The notes below the pieces were generated by a model that saw only the letters and a list, made by a program, of their open reading frames with translations, was not told the DNA's origin and did no database searches. 64,000 bases of DNA, from positions 24,657-88,656 of IMG/VR virus record IMGVR_UViG_3300033121_001941; one strand, written 5' to 3'. The position numbers and the translations under genes were made by a program. How positions within the stretch are numbered: position 1 is the first letter of the stretch; each line of letters starts with the position of its first letter. The stretch is from a virus. Taxonomy: Duplodnaviria; Caudoviricetes. Positions 28,101-37,714 of the stretch are shown one piece after another.

Positions 28101-28697
28101 ATGATTTAATGTACTGTTAATTTTTTGACAAATTATCTGAGGTCCCACGGTTGCAGTAACTGGAAGTTGTAATAACATCTCCAAACTTAGTGATGTATCA
28201 ATTGGATTCAGAATAGATTCACCAGTTGTATTTTTTGAAAGTTCTGGATATAGAGCCCCCGCCGCATCTTTTACGATGATATACGTTCCCAACAAGGGTG
28301 ATGTTTCACCGGGCATTGTTCCGGTGAACATCAATTGACCATGAAATTTTGGGAAACTATCAAATACCCAGCGATCAAATCCTGTTAATTTTTCAAAAAA
28401 ATGTTCAACTTCTGCTTGTGTACCATCAAATGGGTAACCATTAATAATCTGTTCAAATGAAAGATTGACCTTTGCTTCTGCAGACATAAAGAATGTATGA
28501 TTTTCAAATGCTGTCCAATCTACGTTCAATTGTTGCGTAGACTTAAGTGGGGCATTTGCTGCATCATACATAAAAGATGACGTGTTCATAACGTTTGTGT
28601 CTTTTATGTCATTAAACGATAATTGAATTGGTTTCCCATTTTCAATTGTCGTTCTTAAAAAAGAAGGAGCATACGGTGAAATTTTTCTAATTGACAT
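25164..28697 (-). CDS. baseplate/tail protein with LamG (concanavalin A-like) domains
   Basis: FNHICAIY, LDEFRVF, LKLYFRFNE, DSSGNSLH, WTIE, WHVSF LamG-type motifs. Confidence 0.7.
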   Translation of the reverse strand: MSIRKISPYAPSFLRTTIENGKPIQLSFNDIKDTNVMNTSSFMYDAANAPLKSTQQLNVDWTAFENHTFFMSAEAKVNLSFEQIINGYPFDGTQAEVEHFFEKLTGFDRWVFDSFPKFHGQLMFTGTMPGETSPLLGTYIIVKDAAGALYPELSKNTTGESILNPIDTSLSLEMLLQLPVTATVGPQIICQKINSTLNHGFSLYLMPTTSTTNVEARFSVVSGAHSMTVPCNLERGKFNHICAIYNKDDGNQYLQFFKDGEIQNTTNASQALGLLDINASDFIIGSGTVFNEGSTTITPSQTLTGTLDEFRVFHAVRSSAQQKSYMSKAIYAQPDLKLYFRFNEPPPPLTTDNDDIANTIVIDSSGNSLHSLISNFSSYSNLDVDGNMTGSSLRQNASLDTSSKMIYEKEESVVVLFPAHSDVIDLNDKLLFSASEFDRANPNLITRLIPQHYLLEGSLFDGYVEPEGDNNNSYSGTGIPGQGKLGGVQLMLSLLYIWARFFDEMKLYVDTFSTVRNVSYETNSSTPNNFLFDLVKEFGFILPPMFNDSTLEQYINAENIGQEISTNERPLKYVQNELLRRILINLPDVIRSKGTQHSIKSFLRAVGIDPDNSVRLREFGGPTTRQLSSARENKRNVGTMTEFITSSLVISPFLSASRYEPGYPYIRGSFVNQNIFPPNGISDQPSDGLLTSGSWTIETLVKYTPLNIRAMTSSTQSLLRMCVTGSMTGYSGLVANLLAVSSSVDPKLMVYFRPGTNENSPTLFMSMSLRTNDIFDGDRWHVSFGCERNDSISSRVSSSYFLRLGNQNNGDISCVRSTSSFFYELITSESNCLRDVSSSFNCSGSFLVLGENISVPEGTGTGYIYLNNTSKANSEARVTAFTGRQSHLRFWSKALSELEWREHIRNHLSTGVDDPLVNYNFVKTRSGSFERLRMDTLGKQSTRRANASASLGPLGALTFIDFSINGMHLTGTGFPYDKDNVKGELYDYSYLSPYFDEAASNEKVRIRSFLNQDLVDNTPWASVAPSYELVKSEQPTDDTRFIVEFSLIDALNRDIVTLFSTFDALDSALGSPELLMSPDYVDLEKMRNIYFNRIGEKLNFKSFFEFFRWFDTSIGSFIQQLIPRKTNFKGTNFVIESHMLERHKIQYYTEMYSGDSQRSRIKDNLLLQQIVGTISKY

Positions 28698-28756
28698 TCT
28701 TATCTACATATCATGTGATGCATCTTTTAAGTTGTTAAAAGAGCACTTATGAATAA

Positions 28757-30277
28757 CTATCTTAAATCGCTTATACGAAATACAGGTGAAGCATCACGGT
28801 ACACAAAGCGATTTGAACCAATCAACACCAAAATATCAATTACGTATGATCTGTTTTTAGTTAAATTTGACATGTCAAGATTAAACTGCATTCCCTTTGC
28901 ATCACTTGACAACCTCGTAGAATTATACGTTGTGTCAAACGGAATCTCAATTAATCCAGTTGTATTATTCCGTACTTGATAATGAACGTCGCGTATAACA
29001 ATCCCAGGCAATTCAGCAGGAATTCTATTTGCAATAATTGTTGGTGAAGATGCATCAAAAATATGAACGCCTACATGAACACTATCATCACTAAAATGAC
29101 TTTCCTGTAAACCGTTGCAAGAAATTATATACTTCTTACTTCCTAGCGATAAAGAGCCACGTTCGGGTGGGAAAACACGTAGTTTGCTACCAGTATGATA
29201 GGCGACTGTTCCGTCGAGAGAACCCCAAATAGGTGTCATCAATATTGAACTTGATTGAACTAATTTTGAAACAAATGTTGAATTTGTTGATTCTAACAAA
29301 ACTGATGCAGAATATGCACCTGTAACAAAATTTATACCGTTCTTATGTTGCGATCCGGTAAATGTCAAAGTATACGTGCCACCAGAAATTTCTGTCATCA
29401 ACTTTAAAAGTAAACTATTGGAACCCGTTATTTGAGTAAGTAAAGAACCGCTTTTGAGATTGGTTAATTGATGATGAACGTAATTGAATAAAAATATATT
29501 TGATGTTGAATCTAAATAAAGAGATCTAGAATCATCCAATATAGAGTCATCGTATTTCACAATTAATTTGGGGCGTTTATCTTCATTATATGCCGTTCGT
29601 GAAGCAAATCTTTTTACAAAATACGATCTTTGGTTTATTTCAAGATCGTCGTTTAACGCTATTCTAAAACCTTCATCTGGTAGGAGACCTGCGATCGTAG
29701 CTGAAACAAGTGATGTAACATTTACTTCAAGATCTTCTTCGCCTGTCGTAAATAATTGAGTTTTTCTTAAACTTGCTCCACCTAAAATTGTCGTTGAAGC
29801 GGTAACATAATCAACCAACCCAGGTAATCCTCCACTTAATGCGCATCCTGACATAAGCCACGCGCCTTGTGCTCGCGAACCACTTAAAAAGTTACACACA
29901 TCAGTATCTGCGTAATACACTACGTCTTTTCCAAGACCTTCTTCAAATGATCTAGAAAGAGCGTGAACTGTTACTGTAAAATTAGATGGCGTCGGTTGTC
30001 CCCCATATACATCGAACAGTTTTAACGTGCAATTAAAGCTAGTACTGTTCATGTCAACTTTACCAGCTGTGACAAGACTTCGCAACGGATCTAGGTCATA
30101 GTGAATTAACAGACGTGAAAGTTCTGTGTTTATTGTACTACCTGACATTGTAGATCCGTATAACTTAAAAAGATCTAACGTTCCTGCATAACCAACATTA
30201 GAATCAACGACTCTATGAGATTTAATTACTCTATTCGTAATATATGCATCTCGATCAGATTTAAGAACTTTATACAT
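28757..30277 (-). CDS. putative baseplate/virion structural protein
   Basis: 506 aa; KSDRDAYIT, DLEVNVT..V, KRFASR, RPKLIVKYDD motifs; operon context. Confidence 0.6.
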   Translation of the reverse strand: MYKVLKSDRDAYITNRVIKSHRVVDSNVGYAGTLDLFKLYGSTMSGSTINTELSRLLIHYDLDPLRSLVTAGKVDMNSTSFNCTLKLFDVYGGQPTPSNFTVTVHALSRSFEEGLGKDVVYYADTDVCNFLSGSRAQGAWLMSGCALSGGLPGLVDYVTASTTILGGASLRKTQLFTTGEEDLEVNVTSLVSATIAGLLPDEGFRIALNDDLEINQRSYFVKRFASRTAYNEDKRPKLIVKYDDSILDDSRSLYLDSTSNIFLFNYVHHQLTNLKSGSLLTQITGSNSLLLKLMTEISGGTYTLTFTGSQHKNGINFVTGAYSASVLLESTNSTFVSKLVQSSSILMTPIWGSLDGTVAYHTGSKLRVFPPERGSLSLGSKKYIISCNGLQESHFSDDSVHVGVHIFDASSPTIIANRIPAELPGIVIRDVHYQVRNNTTGLIEIPFDTTYNSTRLSSDAKGMQFNLDMSNLTKNRSYVIDILVLIGSNRFVYRDASPVFRISDLR

Positions 30278-32121
30278 TAGCTTGATGCCCTTCCAATTAA
30301 ATCAAATTCAGGATATCTAATCTCAAATATTGATCCCGGCGGTGGGAAAATGATACCTTGTCTTGTGTTTGAGCTAACGTCAAATGACTCTTGACCATAA
30401 TCTCTATTGTTCACTGTACCTATGACGTTATTAAATACGACTTTGTTAATGGATATAACTCCCGGCACAGTAAAAATGGTGTTTACCACGTCTGACGTCA
30501 CAATAGGTTGATCTATGTGAAAATTCTTAATGTCAAACAACGTTCTTAATTTGACTAAAACGTTTTGTAATACGACGCTTTTGTTTAATGCGGGATCTAT
30601 TAAAACATCAAACGTAAACGTTAAATTTATCACCCTTGCATCTAATACGTCAATAGCGTCTGATATCATTCTATATGGATTTAGATATGTCCGAATATTT
30701 TGTTTAAGCGTATCAGGTGAAACTATTAATTTTGAATCTGGATCACGAGAAATGATAAATAATTGTGTTGCTAAGGGATTGTTCGGATTTGATCGTATCG
30801 CTGCTCGAAAAGCTCTTCCAAAATTTGAAGGCAATGTATAAACGCGTGACAACAAATCAGGTCTAGTTACAATTCTTTCTTGAGAGTTTCTTATTGACGG
30901 AATCAAGGTTTTTAACTCATCGATCGTCGGAGCATCTTCACCACCAGCAGCTTCTATCAGATTATTGACTTCTGTGCTTCCCCTAATGTTAGCAGCAACA
31001 GCTGACGGTGGATTACCAGGAAAAAACATTTTTAGTGTTTTTATTGTTCTAATATTATTCTTTGGAACATTATGATTTAATCCTCCACCATATCTGTAAT
31101 TGATTCGTAATGACGTATCTACTGCGGCGACGCCTAATGTTTTTGTTTGAAGTAATTTTTGTGGATTAACAGGAATTCTTGAAAACGTACGAGAATATGG
31201 AAATGCAATTGCAAAATCTGAAGGATCTGGAATTATGTCGTCTTCTAGCGTTGAAGCGTTTCCTCCTCCGAAAGTTAACGTTGTTTTTCTAGATGTTAGA
31301 TCTGTTTCAGAAATAAATCTATACGGCGCTGGAATAACTTTCATTGCGTCTTTGACCAATGAATTATCTTTTGCTGTATTTAATACGTTCTTATACACGA
31401 CGTCATGACTAAGAGAACCCACTTCATAATATGTGTTTCCATAATCATCAACTACAGAAGTAATTTCTGATACATTTGAATTTGAAATTGTCACTCTTCT
31501 GAATGGAACAAAATCAGAACTAATCACAACGGTCTCAGAAGACTCTTTTCCTGAAATACATAAACCATGATGCGCCATGATAAATGTAGCTGGAACGTTA
31601 TCATTGGTTTTTTCACCCACTTTTACTTGTGCAAAACGAGTACCATCTGATTTCTTTTTGTTAAAATCAATGTCTTCAAGTAAAACAAATTCAATCCCAT
31701 CGTCCGACTCTAAAACAGAACCAGCTTGAATCACTGGTATGCATGAATTTGACGGTTCTATCGTATTTGAAACATTTTCTGCTGGAACTTGTACATAAAA
31801 TGTTGCAGGTACAAGTGCAGGCGCTGCCCCCGAAATAGGCACTCCTGCAGTTTTAAGAGCTTTTTCAATATTTGGAATTTCAACTGCTGTGTCAGCATTT
31901 AGTTCAGAATATTGATGATCTAAATAAAATGAAAGCGTATCACCAGCATAAGCAGCAAAATCAAGAAGCAATCCTCCTAACGAAGATTCAGAAAAATCTT
32001 TAATCTTGTCAGGATAATACAGTCGAGCGTATTCAAGTAATTCTGCACGCAAACCATCAAAATCTTTTCCAAGATATCTTCTTTGACGTACCTCTTTTAA
32101 GTCTTCGCGTTTAAGTGCCAA
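30277..32121 (-). CDS. baseplate wedge subunit (T4 gp6/BplJ-like)
   Basis: YLGKDFDGLR, DFSESSLGGLLLD..AY.GD.LSFYLD, YRYGGG..HNV, AAGGED, QERIVT..D. Confidence 0.88.
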   Translation of the reverse strand: MALKREDLKEVRQRRYLGKDFDGLRAELLEYARLYYPDKIKDFSESSLGGLLLDFAAYAGDTLSFYLDHQYSELNADTAVEIPNIEKALKTAGVPISGAAPALVPATFYVQVPAENVSNTIEPSNSCIPVIQAGSVLESDDGIEFVLLEDIDFNKKKSDGTRFAQVKVGEKTNDNVPATFIMAHHGLCISGKESSETVVISSDFVPFRRVTISNSNVSEITSVVDDYGNTYYEVGSLSHDVVYKNVLNTAKDNSLVKDAMKVIPAPYRFISETDLTSRKTTLTFGGGNASTLEDDIIPDPSDFAIAFPYSRTFSRIPVNPQKLLQTKTLGVAAVDTSLRINYRYGGGLNHNVPKNNIRTIKTLKMFFPGNPPSAVAANIRGSTEVNNLIEAAGGEDAPTIDELKTLIPSIRNSQERIVTRPDLLSRVYTLPSNFGRAFRAAIRSNPNNPLATQLFIISRDPDSKLIVSPDTLKQNIRTYLNPYRMISDAIDVLDARVINLTFTFDVLIDPALNKSVVLQNVLVKLRTLFDIKNFHIDQPIVTSDVVNTIFTVPGVISINKVVFNNVIGTVNNRDYGQESFDVSSNTRQGIIFPPPGSIFEIRYPEFDLIGRASS

Positions 32122-32145
32122 TTTAGTGCTCCGTTCATTGTATAG

Positions 32146-32152
32146 TAAGTAT
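32146..32152 (-). promoter_or_regulatory. candidate late promoter ATACTTA
   Basis: ATAHTTA motif upstream of the wedge gene and recurring at other unit starts. Confidence 0.35.
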
Positions 32153-32165
32153 TACTTCTACATAG

Positions 32166-32633
32166 TTAAATAACATATAAGGACAACTGTAATGCGCGTG
32201 AACTAGATTGCAATGTTGGTATTACGTATGTAATCGATAGTCGTATTATACCTGTGTTTTTATTTTCAGTGCGGTCAATTTCTGAAATGAAATCTTGAAG
32301 ACTTACATACGGCATCCATTTTGTAACTGCATCACGTATTCGTTCAATAGCGCTTGCGTCAAAATCATCGAGTGTTGAAAACTCAGTAGTTAATGGTCTT
32401 AAATTAGCACCGAAATTATACAATCCTAAACGTTCACCCCAGTTTGTCAATAACAAATTCCTTAAATTATCATGAACTTGCTCTAATAAAGAATAATGCA
32501 TTTTGAACAATCCGTCAGCTCCACCTTCACGAAGAGGTGTCATTATTCCAATGGGCAAGGGTGATTTTACAAGAGATTCTATAACCTGTTGTTCTTGAGT
32601 TTTACCTGAACTTTTAAAGTTAAACGCTCCCAT
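32166..32633 (-). CDS. baseplate wedge gp25/GPW-like protein
   Basis: QVHDNLRNLLLTNWGERLGLYNFGANL...I.DAV.KWMPYV. Confidence 0.9.
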   Translation of the reverse strand: MGAFNFKSSGKTQEQQVIESLVKSPLPIGIMTPLREGGADGLFKMHYSLLEQVHDNLRNLLLTNWGERLGLYNFGANLRPLTTEFSTLDDFDASAIERIRDAVTKWMPYVSLQDFISEIDRTENKNTGIIRLSITYVIPTLQSSSRALQLSLYVI

Positions 32634-34304
32634 TTATGCCTTTTCTTGATACCCAAAACCCGGTCCGTCTGTTGATGCGTTATTTAAGACAGATCCATTT
32701 GAAATTCTCATATCAGTACCTATTTGATCAGAACAAAATTTTTCGCTATCAATTATTGCTAAAACATGACGACCTGCTAATACAATATCACCTGCGTCAT
32801 CTACGTACATAGATACGTCGTCAGAATTCTTAGGAACAGTTTTAGAATTGATGTATACTTTTCTATCTATTTTCGTTGGTTTGTCACCATTATCACTATC
32901 TTTTTGACCACCTTCAATTGTTTCTAACGATAAAGATCCTTGCGTATAATCTTTTGCCAAAATTAAAATATGATCACTGTTCGCTTCACCTCTTGCAGTT
33001 GTGATAATCATATCACCTGCCTTTAAAGCAGGAAGATCATTGTTTGTTGTTTCTAATTTTGCATTCTTTGCTAATGCTATTTCAAAAATACTCGAAATAA
33101 TATTCCCGATATATGCTTTATCTTTAAAGAAATCATGGTACAAGACTACGTTTGGGTCTTGTTTACTTGTATCAACTTTCGAATCATAAACATAACCAGC
33201 ACCCCCCGCGAATAAACACGCCCGTGCGAGAAGACCATTAGATGAAGTTTCGCTCAACAAATCAAATGTTTTACTTTTACCCAATGCCCTAGAATCAGCT
33301 TGAGGCCCTGTGTCTGGTTCGGGATATTCAACATATAACAAATGTTGTGCATAAAACTCTTTATCGTCATCATTTCCACCAAATGATTTTCCAACTAAAC
33401 CTTCGGCATATGCAACAATATCACTTCTTGGTGAACTTTCACCTTCTTTACTATTATCTTCTGGCGGTGTGTATCCTAAAAACCCACCAACACCTCCTAC
33501 GATACCTCCCGGTGATGATCCTATCATAGATCCCAGGGCGGCGATAAAAATCATTTCAACAACTTTAGTTGTTAGAACTTTAACTGTTGCAATTTGTGTG
33601 ACGCTACTAGGCGACATTGAACCAAATAAATTTGCTTTAAAAGCTATGTTACATAGTTCCTTAAATACGTCAGGAAGTGAACCAAGTTTAAGAACGATAC
33701 TTGGTATTTTAAGTACAATTTCACCAAACAATTTTGGAATTCCAGTTGCAAAAGATAACGACATGTCAAATAGCGTACTAAAATCTGTCATCTTGATGTT
33801 TGGAGGAACATCAAATCCTGGGATTGCCGGTGGTACTGATGGGATTCCGGGAAATTTTGCGACCATTTTGGGAGGTGGCATTACTTTCATCTTTAATGCT
33901 AATAGCGGAGGATTAGGAATTGCAAATGGAATAAACCCACCCGGAAAATTTTTGATCTTGATGTCTGCACCTAATTTGACGCCAAGTGAGATTGGACAAC
34001 ATATTGGCAAAAGCTTAAAATCAGATTTTAGATTAAGTCCGACAGCAATTTTTTCATACATTCCCAATGTGTTCTTATGAAAATCAGGAAACTTTTGTTC
34101 ATTTTCAAGATCTAATAAGTTCGCAAATGGCATTGCGGGTATTGGATCACCACACGGAAACAAAGGAGGTGTAGGAAGGTTCACAGTACCAAACGTGAGT
34201 TCATCTTTTATAGCCTGAATAAACTTCTGTTTAGCTTTAATAGTTAACTTACCTTCTTCATCAATTATTCCTGCATCAACCTGACACCCTGGACCTTTGG
34301 ACAT
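32634..34304 (-). CDS. baseplate-associated protein: Pro-rich N-terminus plus possible CHAP/NlpC-like C-terminal domain
   Basis: DIVAYAEGLVG, TSSNGLLARACL, GDMII, HILI, TIEGGQ pattern. Confidence 0.45.
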   Translation of the reverse strand: MSKGPGCQVDAGIIDEEGKLTIKAKQKFIQAIKDELTFGTVNLPTPPLFPCGDPIPAMPFANLLDLENEQKFPDFHKNTLGMYEKIAVGLNLKSDFKLLPICCPISLGVKLGADIKIKNFPGGFIPFAIPNPPLLALKMKVMPPPKMVAKFPGIPSVPPAIPGFDVPPNIKMTDFSTLFDMSLSFATGIPKLFGEIVLKIPSIVLKLGSLPDVFKELCNIAFKANLFGSMSPSSVTQIATVKVLTTKVVEMIFIAALGSMIGSSPGGIVGGVGGFLGYTPPEDNSKEGESSPRSDIVAYAEGLVGKSFGGNDDDKEFYAQHLLYVEYPEPDTGPQADSRALGKSKTFDLLSETSSNGLLARACLFAGGAGYVYDSKVDTSKQDPNVVLYHDFFKDKAYIGNIISSIFEIALAKNAKLETTNNDLPALKAGDMIITTARGEANSDHILILAKDYTQGSLSLETIEGGQKDSDNGDKPTKIDRKVYINSKTVPKNSDDVSMYVDDAGDIVLAGRHVLAIIDSEKFCSDQIGTDMRISNGSVLNNASTDGPGFGYQEKA

Positions 34305-34305
34305 G

Positions 34306-34752
34306 TTACTTAATCATTTCTAACAAAGAATTTAAAACATTATCATACACTTCATTTTGTTTTTTATCAAAATTTTTCAAAAATTCTTTTGCACGTTCAA
34401 GAATTGTTATATCACGAGAATTTCCCATTGATGCAAAAAGTTTCTTTGCTTGTTCAAAAGTAACAAGTCTAACTTCTTCAGTTTCAAAATCATGTTCACC
34501 CATAGGCCCAGACTGAACCATTAAATAATAGTGAGTAATACTATAACTTCCGACACCTGTTCCTAAATTTCCACCGTCAACAAACTCAGCTGGAACTCCT
34601 GATTCTTCGAGAACTTCACGTTGTGCTGTTGTTTGAAGTGAATCTTTCCCATCTACACGACCCTTTGGAAAACACCAAGGGCCATAATCGTTTGAAGGTT
34701 TTTCTAATTTTTCTAAAACAACGCCGCCGGCTGAGATCCATTTTTCAGACAT
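34306..34752 (-). CDS. NUDIX hydrolase
   Basis: SAGGVV and Nudix box FPKGRVDGKDSLQTTAQREVLEESG. Confidence 0.92.
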   Translation of the reverse strand: MSEKWISAGGVVLEKLEKPSNDYGPWCFPKGRVDGKDSLQTTAQREVLEESGVPAEFVDGGNLGTGVGSYSITHYYLMVQSGPMGEHDFETEEVRLVTFEQAKKLFASMGNSRDITILERAKEFLKNFDKKQNEVYDNVLNSLLEMIK

Positions 34753-34756
34753 AATT

Positions 34757-34763
34757 TAAGTAT
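34757..34763 (-). promoter_or_regulatory. candidate late promoter ATACTTA
   Basis: 4 nt upstream of the NUDIX ATG. Confidence 0.35.
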
Positions 34764-36311
34764 TCATTTTACAAGGATTTTTGACGCAAATTTAGCTTGA
34801 CCTGGTGCTAATGCGGGACCATTTTTATCAGAACCTTCAAGTTTAGAACCTGCAAACAGTCCACCCATCGTTGTTGTTAAAGGAGCTCCCGTAACTATTC
34901 CATCAACACCTGTTGCAGGTAAATCACTACATACTAATCCTTTATCAGCATCATCGCCACCAAGTTTGATATACCCTTTTTTTGCTGGTCGCAATACAAT
35001 ATCACCATTTGCCTTTATGACAAGAACTGCAAAATCATCTTCATTTGTTGATGAAACCAAATTTCCATTTACATCACGTTCAACATTACTTGTTACTAAT
35101 AACTCAATATCAGTTCTTGATATCAGACGAATTTTATCTGACTTGATTACAACTGCTCCATCACCTTTTTCAGAATCTTTTACGTTTTTCTTAGTTTGAT
35201 CTGAACTGACACCTTGAATTGGGCCAGTGCTTAATTTTGCGTTAAACGTATCAATTCCAAAATTTTTATCAACTTTTGTTCGTTGTGAAATTAAAATTCT
35301 ACTGCGGTCATTGATAAGATCTGGGTCTCCTTCGTTTTTAACAAGTTCTTTTGCAGATTTACCCAGTTCTTTATGATTAAGTTTATGACCTGAAATTGAT
35401 TTAACGTCAACTTTTTTGCCACTTGTTTTTTCAGTTTGGCCTCGCCCAACGACTAAATCTATCATTGCTGTTCCGGGATCCTGATCATCTTTCTCTGGAA
35501 ATCCTAATGCTACTTTCATCCCAGACGCATCAATTTCATATTGTGCGACTTCACCATTTCTATCTGTTCCCAAAACGATAAGCGAATTATTTGAGCCTTC
35601 CAGAGCAGTATCACCTGGTCGTTTTCTATAACGAGGAACAGCTTCTTTTATTACTGTTTTTCCACCATCTGTATCAGAACTTAATTTTTCATATGTATTT
35701 TCAGCGCCAGGTATTAGTGCAGTTTCTGCAATTGTATATCTTTGACCGTCACGTTCGTCGGCTCTACCATTTCTGAGTTCATAAACGGGTTCAGTAGATC
35801 CCTCAAACTGATCCTTTATTCCTGGCGTGAAACTAGGATCGAGACTTCTTGGAGCATGAGTATGATTTACATCATCAACAAAACCAGGCTCAACAATTCT
35901 GCACATCCAATAACCAAGATCATTGCTTGTACCCGCTTGATTTTCAAACATCACCCACACGTGTTCACCAGGTTTACACGGCAATGATATAGATGGAGGC
36001 AACAACGGAAATAAAAATAGTGATGTAGAAACTGCGGCGACGCCAGGAGATGATATTCTGCGTCCTATAATCGTATTTCTTGGCAGCACTTTAGCAAAAT
36101 GCATATTCGCAACTCTTAATGAATGTTGAAAATATGATAATTTATTATTGTCAATAATCGCTGGATCAAAGATTGTTTCTAACACTACGTAACGATATAA
36201 TAGAGGAAGATCGTTTTTTGACGCATGTTCGTAAGAAGCTCGTGTTCTTTGTACGTCTAATGCATTTCCTTCTGCAAAGTGTTTAGTAAGTTTAAAATTT
36301 TGATCACTCAT
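34764..36311 (-). CDS. baseplate hub/central spike (gp5/VgrG-like OB-fold) protein
   Basis: PCKPGEHVWVMF...GYW, GD..LEGSNNS.I.LG, IKSDKIRLISR; operon context. Confidence 0.7.
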   Translation of the reverse strand: MSDQNFKLTKHFAEGNALDVQRTRASYEHASKNDLPLLYRYVVLETIFDPAIIDNNKLSYFQHSLRVANMHFAKVLPRNTIIGRRISSPGVAAVSTSLFLFPLLPPSISLPCKPGEHVWVMFENQAGTSNDLGYWMCRIVEPGFVDDVNHTHAPRSLDPSFTPGIKDQFEGSTEPVYELRNGRADERDGQRYTIAETALIPGAENTYEKLSSDTDGGKTVIKEAVPRYRKRPGDTALEGSNNSLIVLGTDRNGEVAQYEIDASGMKVALGFPEKDDQDPGTAMIDLVVGRGQTEKTSGKKVDVKSISGHKLNHKELGKSAKELVKNEGDPDLINDRSRILISQRTKVDKNFGIDTFNAKLSTGPIQGVSSDQTKKNVKDSEKGDGAVVIKSDKIRLISRTDIELLVTSNVERDVNGNLVSSTNEDDFAVLVIKANGDIVLRPAKKGYIKLGGDDADKGLVCSDLPATGVDGIVTGAPLTTTMGGLFAGSKLEGSDKNGPALAPGQAKFASKILVK

Positions 36312-36315
36312 TTGT

Positions 36316-36341
36316 TAATTATATATAAGCTGCAATAATTA
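36316..36341. promoter_or_regulatory. divergent pair of candidate late promoters ATAATTA (- strand 36316-36322; + strand 36335-36341)
   Basis: 4 and 6 nt upstream of the two divergent ATGs. Confidence 0.45.
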
Positions 36342-36347
36342 CTTTCA

Positions 36348-37355
36348 ATGACTTCATCTTTAAATCTTTTACGTGAATATCTCAAACTGATTTTGATCTC
36401 TGAAGGCAAGGTCGAAGACCTTGCCAAACAGAATCCCAATGTTCCTGTCTTGGATCTCGCTTTTTCAGATTCAACTTCCACAAAGAAACTTCTTCCATGG
36501 ATGGTGAAGCAAGTGTCAAAAGGTGCTGACGTGGAACACGTCAGATCTGTTGCTTCACGTTTTGCAAAAGACGGTTCACGTCTTCAGAATAAAGACATAA
36601 ACTCTTACATTGAAATTGATGAACTTGAAACAGCACTTGATGCACTTGGTGCATCAAAGCGTTCTGAAAAAATTCAGGCAAAGTCAGGTGCAGTTAAAAT
36701 TTATGAAGACGACGCAAGCGTCGTCTTAAGAATCGACACAAAAGAAGCTGCTCAACAATACGGAAAAGGCACCAAATGGTGCATTACAATGGAAAAAGAG
36801 CAATATTACGAAGAATATGTTTCTGAAAATGTGCTGTTTTATTACATTTTGAGAAAAGAACTTCAGAGAAACAATCTTGACAAAATTGCTATAGCCGTAA
36901 TAAGAGACGATAATAATATCATTAATCAAATTCAAGTTTTTGATCAAACTGATGAAAAAATGACACCCAAAAAAGCTGGTGTGAGTATAAAATTGCTCAA
37001 CGCGATTAAATCTGATGCCAAGTCTCAACCAAAAACAAATTTAAACAAATTACAATCTGAAAAACATGATGAAGAATTTGTTAAAAATTGGACAACACTA
37101 ACACTTTATAAAGAAAAAATTTATGCTTTGGCATCTAGCGAAAAAACAAAATCTATTTTAAATAGATTATTAACAATTGAAACGGACAAACGTATTATAG
37201 AGATAATATCTGATATTATCAATGAAAAAGCTATAATCATACCAGGTATGATTATGTGGTTGGACGATAAAAATAAAAAACACAGAGAAAATGGACCCGC
37301 TCTTATTTTTGACGATGGATCTCGTCAATATTGGATTCACGGAAAAAAACAGTAA
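36348..37355 (+). CDS. PcfJ-like (GTKWCIT) protein with C-terminal HRxxGPA repeat
   Basis: KDINSY, AAQQYGKGTKWCIT, HRENGPALIFDDGSRQYWIHG. Confidence 0.6.
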   Translation: MTSSLNLLREYLKLILISEGKVEDLAKQNPNVPVLDLAFSDSTSTKKLLPWMVKQVSKGADVEHVRSVASRFAKDGSRLQNKDINSYIEIDELETALDALGASKRSEKIQAKSGAVKIYEDDASVVLRIDTKEAAQQYGKGTKWCITMEKEQYYEEYVSENVLFYYILRKELQRNNLDKIAIAVIRDDNNIINQIQVFDQTDEKMTPKKAGVSIKLLNAIKSDAKSQPKTNLNKLQSEKHDEEFVKNWTTLTLYKEKIYALASSEKTKSILNRLLTIETDKRIIEIISDIINEKAIIIPGMIMWLDDKNKKHRENGPALIFDDGSRQYWIHGKKQ

Positions 37356-37357
37356 TA

Positions 37358-37714
37358 TTAAGACTTTCCTCTAATTTTTTCAAACATTTCGTCAGGATTA
37401 ATTTCATCATCATCTGTTTGTGCCTTAGCAACAAGTTCCGCAAGCTTGATTAATTGATCATTTGCTCGACTCATTTTTTCAATATACGTCGCCATTGTTT
37501 TTCCGTGTACAGCGTGCTCAACTGATTTTTCTGCAGAAATACGTTTCAAAATAGAAAACATTTCATATGAATTTTGTCTATCAAGAATGGCATTCTGATA
37601 AATTTCGCGCCATAATTGTTTTTTCTTGTCATCAAGCGATTCAATGCTATCAAGTAATTTACTAAAGTCTTTTAAACGCGTATCTAGTTCAGGTGATTGT
37701 TCAATTAAAGTCAT
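37358..37714 (-). CDS. hypothetical coiled-coil protein
   Basis: 118-aa ORF. Confidence 0.65.
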   Translation of the reverse strand: MTLIEQSPELDTRLKDFSKLLDSIESLDDKKKQLWREIYQNAILDRQNSYEMFSILKRISAEKSVEHAVHGKTMATYIEKMSRANDQLIKLAELVAKAQTDDDEINPDEMFEKIRGKS

